Shown: positions 25,840-40,408 of the stretch, in pieces
How the letters are laid out: each line of letters starts with the position of its first letter
How positions within the stretch are numbered: the first letter of the stretch is position 1
Source: Azolla caroliniana
Lineage: Eukaryota; Plantae; Polypodiophyta
Reading direction: 5' to 3'
Length of the DNA: 64,000 nt
Assembly (NCBI GenBank): GCA_043228905.1
Contig: JBHGNT010000010.1
Span: 992,001-1,056,000 of the forward strand
Position numbers and translations under genes: made by a program
Notes under the pieces: model-generated
Told to the model about the DNA's origin: nothing
Seen by the model: the letters and a program-made list of their open reading frames with translations, nothing else
The model's database searches: none

Positions 25840-27169
25840 ATATGTTAAATAAAATCAAACAATGAAATATATGTAAACAAAATGAATCTTTTAAGTTTTT
25901 AGAAATGTGTCGTGTACTTATTTGATTAGTATGGTATGATGGAGGCACAATATAATTGTGTCGAATCAATCTATGCAATCAAAGCCCTCACCTTGATATT
26001 GGCCACAATTATGCCTCATTGCCAATGTGACAATCATCTACTCCATCACTAGTTAAAGAGCAGATTAGTAGGTGCAACTGTCAGTCACCCTTAAGCTACT
26101 ACGACTCATTTAAACACTCAAGATGAACCCTCTATCAGCTATCTCATGAGTCACCACACTCAGTTAATTACTTAAGCACTTAATAAACTTAAATAGATTA
26201 AGTAAGTAAGAGATGCACTTCAAGACAAATACACTTCCATGAATTAAGGAGTTCAAACTAAAATAAAATATTAGTGTGAACTAATACTTTAGTTGAAAGA
26301 AAGGGAGGCTCAAGTCTATAATGAGAAGAAAAACATTTGAGAGAAACTAACTCATTAGCTTTTATCCTCTTTAGGTGCATATTCCTTTTCCCCTTTTCAA
26401 GGGTGACTCATGATATCTTGCATGAGCTTGGTAACCATAAATTTGTTCATGTTGGCTATTAACCCACAGGCCGCAATGGTGGTGAATATAGAATGAAATA
26501 TTGCAGTATTCCAACTTGGTGAAGAATGAGTAATAGAATTTGCAATTGGAGTGGCTACTACAACGAAGGAAGGCCTTCATCAACTTACAAAATATACACC
26601 TCAAGAAAACTAGTTTCATAAGGGCACAATCATCCTCATGTTCCAGACCAAGTTGGAAAAGTATGCCTTTGATTGGTGGACTCAAATTGTTATACTCCAG
26701 ACTAGACATTCCAACTCAAAACACTGAATGAGCATATTGAGCCAAAGCCTCCAACAACTAAATCCTCAAGTGCATTCTCTCAACTAGTATGGATAGGTAA
26801 GTCTAAGTATGTACCTAAAGTTGTACACTAGGTGTGTGAGATTTTATGGATAATTCTAATTATACAACATAACCATTTCCCCTTGAGCTAGATGTGTTAG
26901 ATTTGATTTTTTTTATCAATTCCATCTTGCTCTTCATTGTTAGGCTCAATTTTGGTCTATCTCAACCTCTGGCGCCTCTCTTTAGCAAATGGGCTCTTTG
27001 ACATATTTATGTTAGGAAAGAGTGCCGCAACAATAATTGACAACCAAGCACAATGGAAATAGAATCAATTTTCTTTTCTTTTAATTACCATTAATAAATA
27101 TGGTAACATTCAAATACAAAATCTCCCTAGATCATCAAGGGGCACATTAATTTAACAAATTACTTTCAA

Positions 27170-29330
27170 GAGAACACCAGTTGGCTACCACTTACCAATG
27201 TCAACACAAGCTTCTCTCTTGGCAAACACTTTGTCATCTTGTCAGAACCATTCTAATCAGTATGAGCCTTCTCAGTGTCAATGTGCTTTTCTTCAATCAC
27301 ATCCCAAATCCAATGGTATCTCACATAAATGTGTTTAGACCTAGAATGGAAAGTAGAGTTCTTGCATAAATGTATAACACACTATCATAATGTAGATTGT
27401 GGATTTTCTATATCAAGCCCAACTCATGTACAAACTTCTTCAACCACAACACCTCTTTACAAGCTTCTATTGCAATAATGTACTTGCCACTATCGTGGAT
27501 TATGTTTGATATTTATTTTTTGAAGTCTTGAATACCAAGAGACAACTCCCCCGACAAAGATCATCAAATACCTAGATGTGGACTTCCTATGTTCAATATT
27601 ACCAACCATGTCTACATTTGTGTACCCATCTAACACATTTTGGTTATCACCAAATTTTAGATAAACTCTATAAGTGTCTCTCAAATATTGTAGAATCCAT
27701 TTAATTACTTCCCAATTATTTGTACCAAGATTAGAGAGAAACCAACTTACACTGACTAGATGATTATCTCCATCTTGAGCCTGTAAACCCATTTGTTTCT
27801 CAACGCTCTCTTGCCCTTAGGAGGCTTTAAACTATTTATCTTGAAAAGACTTCATCTCATATCTCATGGCTTCAAACTATTTATATTTCTAATCATGTGT
27901 CATAGCTTCTCTGAAACTCTTTGGTTCTTCCCCACTATGGTCTCTATCTTGTTGACCTTTTGATCACTTCCTCTTGTAGTAGAACTTGAGAAGTATCATC
28001 AATTTGTATAGGTGGAATTTGATCATCATCAACAACATCATTATACTCATCCTAGATGTCTACATTATGGCCTTGAATTGTTAATGACGGAACTCAACCT
28101 ATGTTGATTGGAATATTAGGATGGAAATTGGGTACCTCACTTGGCTCTAGATCCTATAATGGTTGATCTTCAAGGAATACAATGTCTTGACTTCTGATAC
28201 CTTTCTTAGTCATGGAGTTACACAACCTACAACCAAACTCTTTATGAACATATCTAAGAAAATACTTGGTCAACTCTTGTCATGTAACTTGAATATTTTA
28301 TCTTTAAAATGTGAACATGGACGTTGTACCCAGACATTGTCCAATGCTTGTATGAGACATATTTTCCTATCCAAAATCTCCCTGGAACATCATCTTCAAA
28401 AGGAACTGACAGAGAAAGGCTAATAAGGTTAGTTGCAATCCTCATTACTTCACCACAAAAGGGTTTATGAAATTTAGAGTGTGGTAGCATACACTTCATT
28501 TGATCACAACTTCTTCTTCTTTTCCAAAAAAAAGAATATCCTTCCATTAGATAAGAAAACCAAATTTGCTACAACATACAAAGTATGTGGAAAGAAAGCC
28601 AAGATACTTCCTAAACCCCTCTTGTAAAATTCAATGGGCAACCATAGATCCTTCCCTAAAGAGGCTAAGGAGATGGATCTATATACATCCCAACTTACAA
28701 CGGAGAACAACCAACAAAAGGGGGGAAACTGCTAGATCATCTTACAATCTACTCATCGAAAAACTGGAATACAACTTCAAAGCTTCTGAAAAGAAATTTG
28801 TAATAACAATGTAGAATCCATGTGTAGCAATACTATCATATTTGTCATTTGATCACAACTTGTTTTATGTCTTTATTCTTTCAACCACACTATTGTGCTA
28901 CGATGGTTTTGGAACACTCCTCTCAACCCTGATACCATGAATATGACAATACTACTCAACTGAAACCCCAAATCTACTAGAATGTACTTAAACTTCCATC
29001 CAATTTCTATTTCAACACTTCCATGAAAACCCATAAAGAACTTTGAGAGAAATAATTAATATATGTAGGGAAATACAATGCACTGCCAACAATTCTATCT
29101 TTCATATAACACAAACCAACATATGCCAATTCTAAAGGATAGGATTTTCTTTCTGAGGTTAAATATTGAAAAGTAACTTTGTGTTTTTTTATTAGCCAAA
29201 CACTCAACACAAGTCTCTAAGTGCATACATGTCGCCTCATGGAGTATATTCTTCCTTTTTGATGTACGTGTTGAAGTCTCTTGTGCCATAACTCAATGGA
29301 GGCATCCTTGTTAATTACAATTACCTCTCT
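27170..29330 (-). mobile_element. Highly decayed Ty1/copia (Tnt1/Tork-like) internal remnant lacking the RT core
   Basis: Fragments: HLETCVECLA (pre-integrase), integrase-like FCGEVMRIATNLISLSLSVPFEDDVP, and IKWILQYL...LDGYTNVDMVG..EHRKSTSRYL...GGVVSWYSRLQK (RT end/RNase H). Many stops and frameshifts. A possible PPT/LTR start near 26870 is unconfirmed. Confidence 0.8.
28513..28844 (-). mobile_element. 332-bp non-LTR retro-insertion inside the decayed Copia, 17-bp TSD
   Basis: TSD tcatttgatcacaactt at 28496-28512 and 28845-28861. The 3' end on the minus strand reads CTAATGGAAGGATATTC-T8-GG-A-rich. Confidence 0.85.
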
Positions 29331-29484
29331 ATTTGATAACATAACATGCATAAGGTACAAAGAATTTTGCTTCTAACACTTTGCAACATTAGAGAGGCTT
29401 TGGTGAATTTCCTTCTTATTATGCATCATTCCCTTTTATTTACTAAACCAAAAGCTTAAAGCAACTACCTAAGCCTCAAGCATT

Positions 29485-29532
<48 letters not shown>

Positions 29533-29903
29533 CCCAAGTCTAAGGAATTCATCAAGTTCTATACCTCTTTACAAGTTGGGTGCACTTTCACAAATGTGGG
29601 GAATCGAGGTCTTTTCTTAAGTTCTACCAATTCTACTCCTCATAATACATGTCAATACCAATGTTCGAACCAATGAAAGCATTGACACATTACAAGTACT
29701 TGGAGACTAGTGTGACGCTACATATTTGTTTTGGCAAATTCTCCAAACCAACATTGATCATGGTATAGGAAGGCAAATCAACACAATTCACCATCTCCCA
29801 ACATATGCGGCATTGACTTTGATTTATACAAAGCTGCCAAGAAGTCACGTGAAAGCAAAAATACACTTGTTCTATGGTACATGCAATATTTCGAACCAAT
29901 TTG

Positions 29904-29941
<38 letters not shown>

Positions 29942-31239
29942 GTAATTTGTAACCCTTCGAATCCACGATCAATTGTGCATGGAAAAAGACCGAATTCGGG
30001 GAAATACATCCGGAGATGGCCCCAAGATTCTGAACACTTCATATAGCTATTAATGATGCCACACAATGCATGCCAGATAAACACCATTATGTTCAAAACC
30101 TTAAGATGGAAACATGCGCTACCTCGATCGAATATACTTTGGACTCCTCATTCCATATATCAAGCATCAATGCTGATCATGGAATCCTTTCTGATTGAAG
30201 AATCATCTAAAACCATTGCTATTTCCTGAAAGTAGTCTAATGAATTGGATTAGATGTCGTCCAACAATGGCATCGATGGATTGGATTGAATCCAGTGAAC
30301 CTTACTTTCCAGGAAAGGTTTCATGCAGATAAGAGAATAATAAGCAAGCAATCAGAGACCACCAATAAACCCTTGGAACGCTCATAGGAATGACTTCATG
30401 GAGAGAAGGTAAATCCTGGCAAAAACCATTGGGCATATGTAATAATGGACTGCATATAGAACAAATGTACATAGCCTCTAAAATCACCGTTCATCTAAAT
30501 ATGTGTACACAAACAAGGGCTGCTAAAGCTCTTGACAGTAAATTTATTAACAAATCATCATTGTACAGACTATCTATAAACCCCCGACAGCCCCCTACCA
30601 TAATCCAAAAGAGGACAACTGAAAGCACATGCATTGGTCATAAACCAGCAAAAAACATATCAAATACAGCAAACAAGAACAACTTGTTAGAAGATAGAAA
30701 AACACTACTAGAAGCATCACTTTTCCGCATATGGATTAGCACATGAATCATCGATAAAGCCCAAGAATCTCGATACGGGCAAGTTATGAACAGAAATCAT
30801 GAATACTTCCTAAAGGATACGGAAACCAAATAACCAATAAGCATGCATACATGCAACAATTTTCATTATTTCATGATCAAGCAAATATTCGCGTACATTA
30901 TACAAAATAATACCTTTTAACATTCATAACACATAGCAATGAATCATGACATTATACGCAACATCTGAACATCCATACAAGAAAATAATTATACCAAAAC
31001 ATCCATAAACAATTTGGGTATACACATGGATCCTTGATAGTTTTCCACAAGAAGGTTCATAATTAGTGCATGTCACTTTGACATCATCGCCAATCAATAA
31101 CTGATCTGTACAAGATTATACGACACTCAAAACATTGGGTTCAAACACTCAAAAGAGATTTTACTATCGTAAAGAGAAGTAGCATAATTTACATTGCATG
31201 AACTACCCTCAATTTAGATAAATTATATATAACTAAGGG

Positions 31240-31716
31240 CTATAGAGCTTCTATTGTACCGGTAGTAGGGTTATTAGAATTGGGGGATGTAGGACTAGGT
31301 TTGTCCCATGATTTTGTGGTTGATGTTACTCTGTGGAGGCGACACCTAAATGAGCCAACATGTGTCGTGGGTGCACATAAGCATTGTCGTTTACTACTAC
31401 TATTACCATCACCCGTACTAGTCCCCTTTACACCGGTAGAAACTACCACAACATTCTCCTTCACATCTGTAGATAATGAAGTTGGTGTAGACACTAGAGG
31501 TGACCTTGGTGATGAAGCCCACCAAGAAGACCTAGGTGACGAGACGTCCGGTGGAGACGAAGGAGACCTTGGAGAGGAAAGCCTAGGAGAAGAAACCCTT
31601 GGGAATAGGGCATTCTGCGAGAAGGTTCTTGACGTGGTAATTACTTTTGTCGTCGATACCCTTGGTGATGATATATCGTCTTCACTCAGAACACTTCTGC
31701 TATAGAACGAATCCAT
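31240..31716 (-). CDS. Small serine-rich protein with C-terminal CxCxPTTHxGSFRCRLHR motif (plant serine-rich protein-related family), 158 aa
   Basis: SSPR repeats and the motif CLCAPTTHVGSFRCRLHR. A probable 5'UTR intron spans 31726-33066 (GTTAGT...TAG, T-rich on the sense strand), with a CT-rich first exon near 33067-33150. Confidence 0.85.
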   Translation of the reverse strand: MDSFYSRSVLSEDDISSPRVSTTKVITTSRTFSQNALFPRVSSPRLSSPRSPSSPPDVSSPRSSWWASSPRSPLVSTPTSLSTDVKENVVVVSTGVKGTSTGDGNSSSKRQCLCAPTTHVGSFRCRLHRVTSTTKSWDKPSPTSPNSNNPTTGTIEAL

Positions 31717-34700
31717 TACCGTACACTACATTCAACAATATGAAAAAACATTCAGATTGGAAACCTTGATGAAGGAAGTGTGAGTTTCAATTGCCATGTA
31801 TAGTAGAGTAAGATCTTTGATATAACATTTTGAATTTCAATTACCATGCATTATACAGTAACACCTTGGATATAACATTATGAAATTCAACTGCCATATA
31901 CTATAGAGTAAGATCTTATAACATTGATAACAATTTGTTGGGAGGATTGAAAAGACACAACTTTCAGTAATCTTTGCATTTAAATTTTCAATAAAAACCA
32001 AAAGAAAAACATAAATTTTGTGAAATAACCCATCCCCTCCAACAGATACAAGGAAACAGTAAAATATAAATTCTCTACATAGAAAACCAGGGTAATAATA
32101 AACATGATATATCATGACCTTGTTTTGGTTTTATTGAAACAAACTAATGAGTTTCATGACAATTTTCGAAATGTAACCCCACATATAAATGTACATAATC
32201 TTAATTATCGTATTCCTTGAAAGCATGGTACATAAAAATGCATATAATCTTAAAATAAACTCCTCCACAGGAAAATGAAACCCTATATAAATCTGCATAA
32301 TTTCTGAAACCAACCCCTTGGAGAGCTCAATGAAACCCTACATAGAAGATGAATATAATCCTAAGAACCAATTCCATGAAAATCCTACCAACCAATTCCT
32401 AGCAATATACCCATGCTGTGTGATTCGTCCAGAACACAGGCTTAGATTGAATAGAATACCAGTGGCTCCAAGGTACAATGAAACCCTACATAGGGCTGGA
32501 CAGTTTCTTAAACCAATCCCTCAAAAGCACGATAAAAACTCTTCATAATGAATTATGCATACAACCCTAATCAAAATTTACTTGAAAAATACATGCAGCA
32601 AAGATGATATAAACAAGGAATTCTTTGACATAAGCTTAGATTGAACGGAACACATAAAGAGGAAATTATATGCGTGTATACATCATTAAACTACAGGAAA
32701 GGGCAGTTGTAGGAGAAAACAGAGCCCAACCAAAAAGAATTGGAAGACAGAATCGAAGAAAAACAATTAGAAAAAGCACACAAAAGAGACAAATCGGAAG
32801 TCCACAGAATGGAAAGAAAAAACAATCAAAAAATCACAAAAAAACAGACACCACCCCAAAATGGGATAAATTTAAGACAACAAATTAAACACAACCTCAT
32901 ACGATTAAGCATTAAAGAGAAACCCCAATAAAGAACAAACCACACGAAGCATCAGGCCACCCCAAGAGAAGATAAATTGAAGAGAACCGATTAAAAATCT
33001 ACACGATTAAGCATTCAAAGAGAAACCCATTACCAGAGAACCACAAGATCAAAAGCAGATACTAACCGAAATCAAGCTTTCCAGAGAGAGAGAGAGAGAG
33101 AGAGGACAAGAACAGCAAAGCAAGCAAAAATTCGTTCTCTCTTTGTCTCTTCTGTGATTCTTTCTATAAATAAACTTTTTATTTTATTTTAATTATTATA
33201 TACCAAATGGGTATTTTTCATTAATAGTATTTTTGGCTTGAGAAAGAAGATGAGGTGTCATCACTACCAAGAGCTCCACCATGCAAAACCTTTTTTGTTG
33301 GCTAGGTATGGATCATGCTCTACTGTGCTGTACTTCATTGGCCAATCTCTCTCTCATTTCGGTACGGGCCGGAGACAATGATCATCGGACATCGAGTAAT
33401 GATCTCGTCCTTTGGACCATGCTTCCGAACCTACAATGGCATTGGACCGTGCTCGTGGAGCTTCCAGTTATGATGCCATTGGACCATGTCCACACCAATC
33501 ACAAGCTTCCATGCCCAATGCGATAAAAATGTCCATGGGTGCTGAACCTCACGGTTGTAGTTCAGCAAATTGGATACTCTTGTTGTTTTGGTCATGCCGA
33601 TGACTTACAATTGTTGGTCCTGCTACATGAGAACTAATGATGTTCTTCAATGTATGTTGATCTTGGACATATACTACTAATGATCGTATTCATGCAATTG
33701 TGAGCTTCCACACACAATGAGATAATGTCATGTTGGGTAGGTTTGTGTTGTCAAGTTTTTCTTCACAAGATAATGTCATGGTAGAGTAGTAGATCGTGTT
33801 ACTTGTTGTTAGACATTATATCGTGTGCTTATTCCATGGTAACAATACTCGTGCTTATGGACAATATCACCAAGCAATGTGATATCTTTGAATACAAATG
33901 TTTATATTATTCTCAAGTGGCCACATAAAGGAAGGTTTCAATTCTCATGGCATGACTAGCTCAACATACACGTCGTATTATGGTATTCAGGAATCTTTGT
34001 AATCATCTTCACATTAGTATATTTGCAATTTCTTCAAGGTACCTTTAACATAATGCATGTGATGTCTATGGGAGAAAATCATTGTGGTGACCATTCAACT
34101 TTGCCATAAGAGAGGGCCCATTTACAAGAAAACAAATTGTTGGCGGCGTTCAAACTCAATCTAGTGGAACATCCATATGAAGATTTATGTTCGCATTAGC
34201 TATTCAAACAAAAGAGAATCTCCCCAATAGAACAATAAGATCAATAGCTCTTGTTTACAGTGTGTTGTTGGTTCTCAATTGCAATGAAGCTTGACCATTT
34301 CTTGACTTGTGATTGCAAATTTTCATTGATGTGCATAATTATGGAATGAAGGTGCTCCTATTGTGTGGGTGTGGGTTTCTCATGCTTTATGGCAGTCAAT
34401 TGGCACATGACCCAGCAACTTCAAAGTTGGTACATCCTAGCGAGTTTTACACATGTATGCAAGAAGTAACTATACAACCATTCTAACCAGTGATTCTCCA
34501 AAAAAACATGTGAGGGGGGACAGACGTTCAATTGAGAATACCCCTTGAATGTAGGTACACATGCACACAAAAAAGAAAACTTTAGAAGTGTGAGAACAAA
34601 ATATTGCTTTCTAGATACTTACTAGCTCGATCAGTGTACTCCCCCTCATCACTATGAAAAGAGCTTATTCACACTTATCCTCACTCAAATTCTATTTCAT

Positions 34701-35166
34701 AATCATGCGTCCAATTCTAGGATTCTCATGTATTAGAGCAGGTCGTGATAGTTGGCAATGGAATGTAAATCACAACTCATGTATGAGAGAGAGTCAACAC
34801 CAGCACTAAGGAATGAATATTTCATTTAAAAGATGAATGAAAAGAATATTATCTCTTAAGGAACAAGCTGTAGATACAGATGTCGTTATCGATATCAAAC
34901 ACATTTAAGTTGTCATTGCACTTTGAATAGTTGAAATACTTCTTCCAACGATTATTTTGCCGAATGTGAGCAAATCATACCGTTGGCATGCCTCGAGCGA
35001 AGTTAGAGACTTTGAGCTTCTTATGGATCTCCATGCCCCAAGCCCTTCGTATGTGACATACTATTCCCAAACATTTCGTTTCCATATGTTCAACACAGTA
35101 CATATTTTTGTTTTTGTGATATATCCAAACCCTTTCCTCAAACACTGTAGAGCTCTCTCCAACTCA

Positions 35167-38100
35167 TCACATTTGGCTTAACACCAGTCTCTTCAGATCC
35201 TTTTTATTCACCTGAATTCCATTTATTTTTTTAAATCAAGTATTGTAAATAGCGAAAACACCAACAAAATACCCACAACTTTGCAAAAAATGCCAAATTA
35301 TACAAACCACAAAGAGAGATGCTTGTAGAGTTTTGAGAACTGAAGGTATTCTAGTAAAATATTGAAAATGATACGAGGTGTTTTTGTGTTTTTACTGAAT
35401 TCTTTCGTGAGGTAAATACCTTTCCCATAGCATTCCTAGGCATCTCTTCCCAGATGATCAACTTGCTTGGAATCTGTGGAAGTATGAAAATATTTAATCC
35501 AATGGGAATCAGAACAAAATGAATAATTCTCACCAAAAATAATCCGTTGTAAAGATGCAACCCCTTTTAATGTATTAGATATTCTTGCCCTGTCTTGTAA
35601 CAGCATGTTTAATGAAATGCTCCCTTTACATGATGGTTAGAACTTTTTCCCCTATGACGAAAAAGCGCACATATATGTGCACACCTTGTAATGTGCCAAT
35701 CTTTCTTTTGCCCATCCTTGAAGTTGAGGCAAAGTGAATGGAGCATCATCATCATTGCCAGTTAGTCCAGATTTGGATTCATGAGATAGCACGATCACAG
35801 CACCAATTGCTTCACCGTAATATTGGTCTGGTAATCCCAGAACAGCGCATTCAGCAATACAAGGGTGCTGTTTTCCATTCACACAAAACAAACATTGTTT
35901 GTTCACAATGCATAAGTTTCATCACCTAGAAATACATCACATACACAGACTTCTAAAATATTCCAGCCAATCAATTTTGTGAAGTATATAAGCATGATGG
36001 TGGTGTCGTAATGTTTGTGCTTTGCAACATTAAGGTTGTGGGATCAAGTCTTGGGCAATGAGTTTGATGTTTCATTCATAAAATTTATTACAGCAATGCA
36101 ACATGTTTTCTCATCAATACCCATGAAAAGGAAAGAGTAACCTAACCACCTTTCATTTTTTTTATGATTAAGATCTTAACAGTATCTAGAGTCTATCCAT
36201 GAGAATACCTCAATCAATACAGCTTCTATTTCAAGGGCAGACACTTTGAAACCCCCAACCTTCAAGATATCGACACTACTTCCTGTCGGGAAAAGAAACC
36301 AATAAATAAGAAGATAAATATGCCGGAAGCACCTTCATGACATTAACCTTAGCAACTCTAGTCTTACACCCTCTACTAAATGCACATATTTAATTTTAAT
36401 TAATATTAGATGAATAGAAATCAATATGATTACTTCATGCCTTACTTCCTAGAATGATGTAATATCCATCCTTATCGATGGTAACTGAATCTCCTGTCTT
36501 GAAATACCCATCTTCCGTAAAAGAATCCTTTGTTGCCTGCAAGAGAAAAAACAAAGATCATAAACATTTCTGCTCACATTTGCCTACTATTTCTGTCTTT
36601 CCTTTTATTTTCTTTCATTATGTATATTGATGCTTTGACAGATAGCAACAATATGTATGTAACTGAAATTCCTTAAAAAATATTGAAAAACAAAAACAAT
36701 GAATGAAAAAAAAAATACCTCTGGCCTTTGCCAGTATTCCTTGAACATAGATGGACTCTTCACATACAATTCCCCAACACCTGGTTCAGCTGGATCATCT
36801 TCCATTATTTTTACCTGGAAGTTTTCTTATACTTGTTAAAGTTAGGACATTGGGTATTTAAACGTCAAAATACCAACACACCCTTAACTTATTGAAATAC
36901 CCCCAAAACCAAATCAAAATATTCCTATTCTCATTCTAAAGATACCCCCAACATTCTAAAGGGGTGCTTTGATTGTTCTTGTTTTTTCTACTATAGATGG
37001 TCATTCTGGTGAATCTTGAAAACTTAGGGCTACTCTGGTAAAATATCCGAAAAAGGATTAGGAGTTTTTTTATGGTCTTCCCTGGAATCTTTTGCATGCT
37101 CAGCACAAATACATGGGATCCTCTATCATTTCATACCTGGACTCCTGGTAGAGGCTTGCCTACAGTCCCGGCTCTTCTCTCCCCACTGCAAGGGTTTGAT
37201 AATGCCATCACAAACTGCAAAGACATAACAGAAAATTTAGCTGTTACAAAACATTCAGCAAAATAGAACTGACCTAAATCTAAATTGCAGTCTACAAAAT
37301 AGGATAACATGCCTATTCTATGCATCATTACATTATCAACCATATCTTCTTATTCTCACAAGAATCGGATATTTTTTCAGCTATAAGGATTCTCACCTCA
37401 GTCATACCATATCTTTCCAGTAGCCTATGTCCTGTTAACTCTTCCCATTCTTTCATGACTGGCATTGGAAGGGCAGATGATCCACTCATCTGCATTAAAC
37501 ATGTACACTTTATTTCCCTCGAAATATGAACTTCTGAAAAAAACCACCGACCATATGTCTCTAATGTAAACAGCTGTGACAAGTGATCGATATAGTAACT
37601 ATAGCATATAAAGGCTTATAAGGAAGAATTACAATGCCATGTGCATCCAAGCAACAAAACAGCTTCTCTCTTGTTGCTCCGTTAGATGTGTCTAAAGCAA
37701 TGAATTGTGTGTCTAATGTTATATTTATTGTGTAAGAATACAATTTGAGAACATTATATAAATAGTTAATCAACACGTCTTTCCTATTAAAATGGCCTTT
37801 AAAATTCACTCTCCATATAGTCCAGGGGTTTTAAAATGATCATATTCCCTAAAAAACAGCAATGATACAAGAAATTGTGTACTCAAAAGCAAGACATATC
37901 ACAGACCATTGCTAAAAGAAATGGCCTACTCAAAAGCAAGACATATCACAGACCATTGCTAAAAGAAATGGCCTACTCAAAAGCAAGACATATATCACAG
38001 AACATTGCTAAAAGAAATGGCCTATTAAAAGCAAGACATAGATCACAGAACATTGCTAAAAGAAATGTTCTACTCAAAAGTAAGACATATATCACAGAAA

Positions 38101-40266
38101 AAAAAAATCACAAACCATCAGACGCAACTGTCGAGCAGCTGGGGCAGCGACTTTCTGTGAATCTTCATCCATGCTCTTATAACCTTGAAGCAAATAAGCA
38201 TACATTGTTGGAACCTGGTTGCAGCCAAAACAGTTCAAAATATGTGGATATTAGAAAGAATATAATCCAGTACTCTACTCTAAGATTAAAAATATTAGGA
38301 AATATCTTGCAAACCAGGTCTTTGTTTTCAATGTGATTATTTTACCTACCCCTGTGAACACAGTTATGGCATTTGCATCTTTACTGCCTTTTAATGGATA
38401 AGATTCACTCCATCGTTTCCATACTCCTTTTACACTGAACTTTGGCAAAAACTCAACCTTGAAAATACACATATCTTCAGTCAGACCACGTCAATCACTT
38501 CCAAACATGTATATGCATACAAAATGATACCTATGCAAAAACAATCACCATTTACACTACTTCTCTTCATGAAGGAAATGTTTGAGAAGTGGTCAATCCT
38601 GTGATGATCTGACAAAATGTGCGCAAATGATACCTATGCAAAAACAATCACCATTGACACTACTTCTCTTCATGAAGGAAATGTTTGAGAAGTGGTCAAT
38701 CCTGTGATGATCTGACAAAATGTGCGCAAATGATACCTATGCAAAAACAATCACCATTGACACTACTTCTCTTCATGAAGGAAATGTCCGAGAAGTGGTC
38801 AATCCTGTGATGATCTAACAAAATGTGCGCATTGCAGGAATGCCCACTTGATGATCTTTGCATTTGAATCATTAAACACTTAAAACATACAAATGATAAC
38901 TGAAGAATATACAGAAGATATAGCTTGTTCTTACCATGGCACCCACATATAGTGGTGCAAGAAGACTATTGAATAATCCATGGACATCTATAGCAATGTT
39001 AATTCTATCAACGTAAGCAAACACGTTTTTACAATCCAAGATCTGCTTCTACATATTTTTTCAAGAGCATCTATTGAATTGTTGTCCAAAAGGATACGAT
39101 GCAGTGGTAAAGTATGAAGAAATCGATCACTAGTTGTATATTCCCAAGCTTGACTCAACATTTTCACCTGTAAATTGAATCCCAAAAAATAAAGCTAAAA
39201 AGGAAACAAAGTTTTGCTACCAAGAGAATGGGAAGGGGTTAATGAAGAAAAATAGAAAAACCCACAAAAAATGGTTATCATGATCCTCTACATTATACCA
39301 ATGGTCCAATGTCAACATAGAAATCCTTGGGATTTACCTGAGCACTCATGCTAGAATGAGTATGAACAGCACCTTTTGGCTTCCCAGTGGTTCCACTTGT
39401 ATAAATGATCAAACCAGAGCTCTCACCTATTGTATCAACATATAGAAAATCACAAATAACATATAGAAATTTATCGAGTTAAAGATGACGTGGGCTTCAC
39501 CTTCAATGGAAGACAGACTAACAATTTGATCCACAACATGGTGGTATGATTCGTGTGCCTCTTTTTCAGGATCATTTTGTACTTCTGGAAGAAGAAAAAA
39601 CTTGCAAGCAGCTTTTTGAGAGACAAGCTCTAATCGTGCTTGAAAATCCGTAGTGCTAAGTACTATCGAAACTTCCTAAAACCCATAAACTCTCAGGCAT
39701 CTTCAACCATTTCAAGAGACACATAATAGAGAATTTACAGATTTACCACTGAAATATCAAAATTCACCAAAAAAACACTTTGACATTTGTAAAATGACCA
39801 AATCACCATTCCATTTTCCACAAAGTTAGTTAATAAGAGTGGAAGAAAAGCAGCAATAGGGATTTACCGAATCAGTAAGCACATGTAAGAGCTCAGCTTC
39901 AGGATGGCTTATGGCAAGGGGAACTGCAATGCCATGACACAACCATATTGCCCACAATCCAGCAACAAATTCACCACATGGTTTTGCTATTATCCCAATT
40001 CTTGGTTCCTTTTTACAATAAATAAATGAATAAATATGCATAATTCTATACATCAATTAATTTAAACAAATGTAGGATGCTGACATGTTCTAAAAATTTG
40101 CACATACTTGTAGTTTTTGAGTAGATATGATGGATTTGAGATCGATCGCAATGGATAAAGCAGACCTTAAGAGATGTTCATATGTATATGAAGTTCCTTC
40201 TGAAGTAATAGCTAAAGTATCCTTCACATTGGGGCCGAGTCCAATAGCCGCTTTAATCACATCCAT
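35167..40266 (-). CDS. AAE13: Malonate--CoA ligase / malonyl-CoA synthetase (acyl-activating enzyme 13), 16 coding exons, about 535 aa
   Basis: GT-AG exons in phase: 40266-40108, 40008-39868, 39675-39501, 39426-39338, 39167-39098, 38987-38935, 38457-38350, 38214-38116, 37489-37397, 37214-37137, 36814-36719, 36536-36446, 36282-36209, 35867-35685, 35473-35420, 35211-35167 (1608 nt). Motifs YTSGTTGKPKG, LPLHHVHG, LLERYGMTE, FKTGD, ILGR and PRNAMGKVNKK. Further upstream exons (about 40714-41050) are unresolved. Confidence 0.9.
37880..38099. repeat. Intronic minisatellite, about 4.6 x 47-49 bp
   Basis: Unit tactcaaaagcaagacatatcacagaccattgctaaaagaaatggcc starts at 37880, 37927, 37974, 38023 and 38070. 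Confidence 0.9.
38522..38831. repeat. Intronic tandem triplication, 3 x 103 bp, near-identical
   Basis: aaatgatacctatgcaaaaac...caaaatgtgcgc starts at 38522, 38625 and 38728. Confidence 0.92.
38988..39097 (-). other. U12-type (minor spliceosome) GT-AG intron in AAE13
   Basis: 5' splice site GTATCCTTTT (U12 consensus RTATCCTTT). TTAAC ends 10 nt before the 3' splice junction, and there is no polypyrimidine tract. Splicing restores LPLHHVHG. Confidence 0.75.
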
Positions 40267-40408
40267 AATTATAAATCTAACCCATACACGGACGACCAAC
40301 TCGTTATAAAGATCTATGCCTTTGTTATTTTTATATTATGAATTAAGATTAGAAACTTAGAAGATTCATACGTTCATTCATTGTCTAGAAACTTGGACAA
40401 TTCATTTA

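Noticed and set aside
37875-38336. 153-aa ORF antisense to AAE13
   Set aside because: It is generated by the 47-bp intronic repeat and overlaps a real exon on the other strand.
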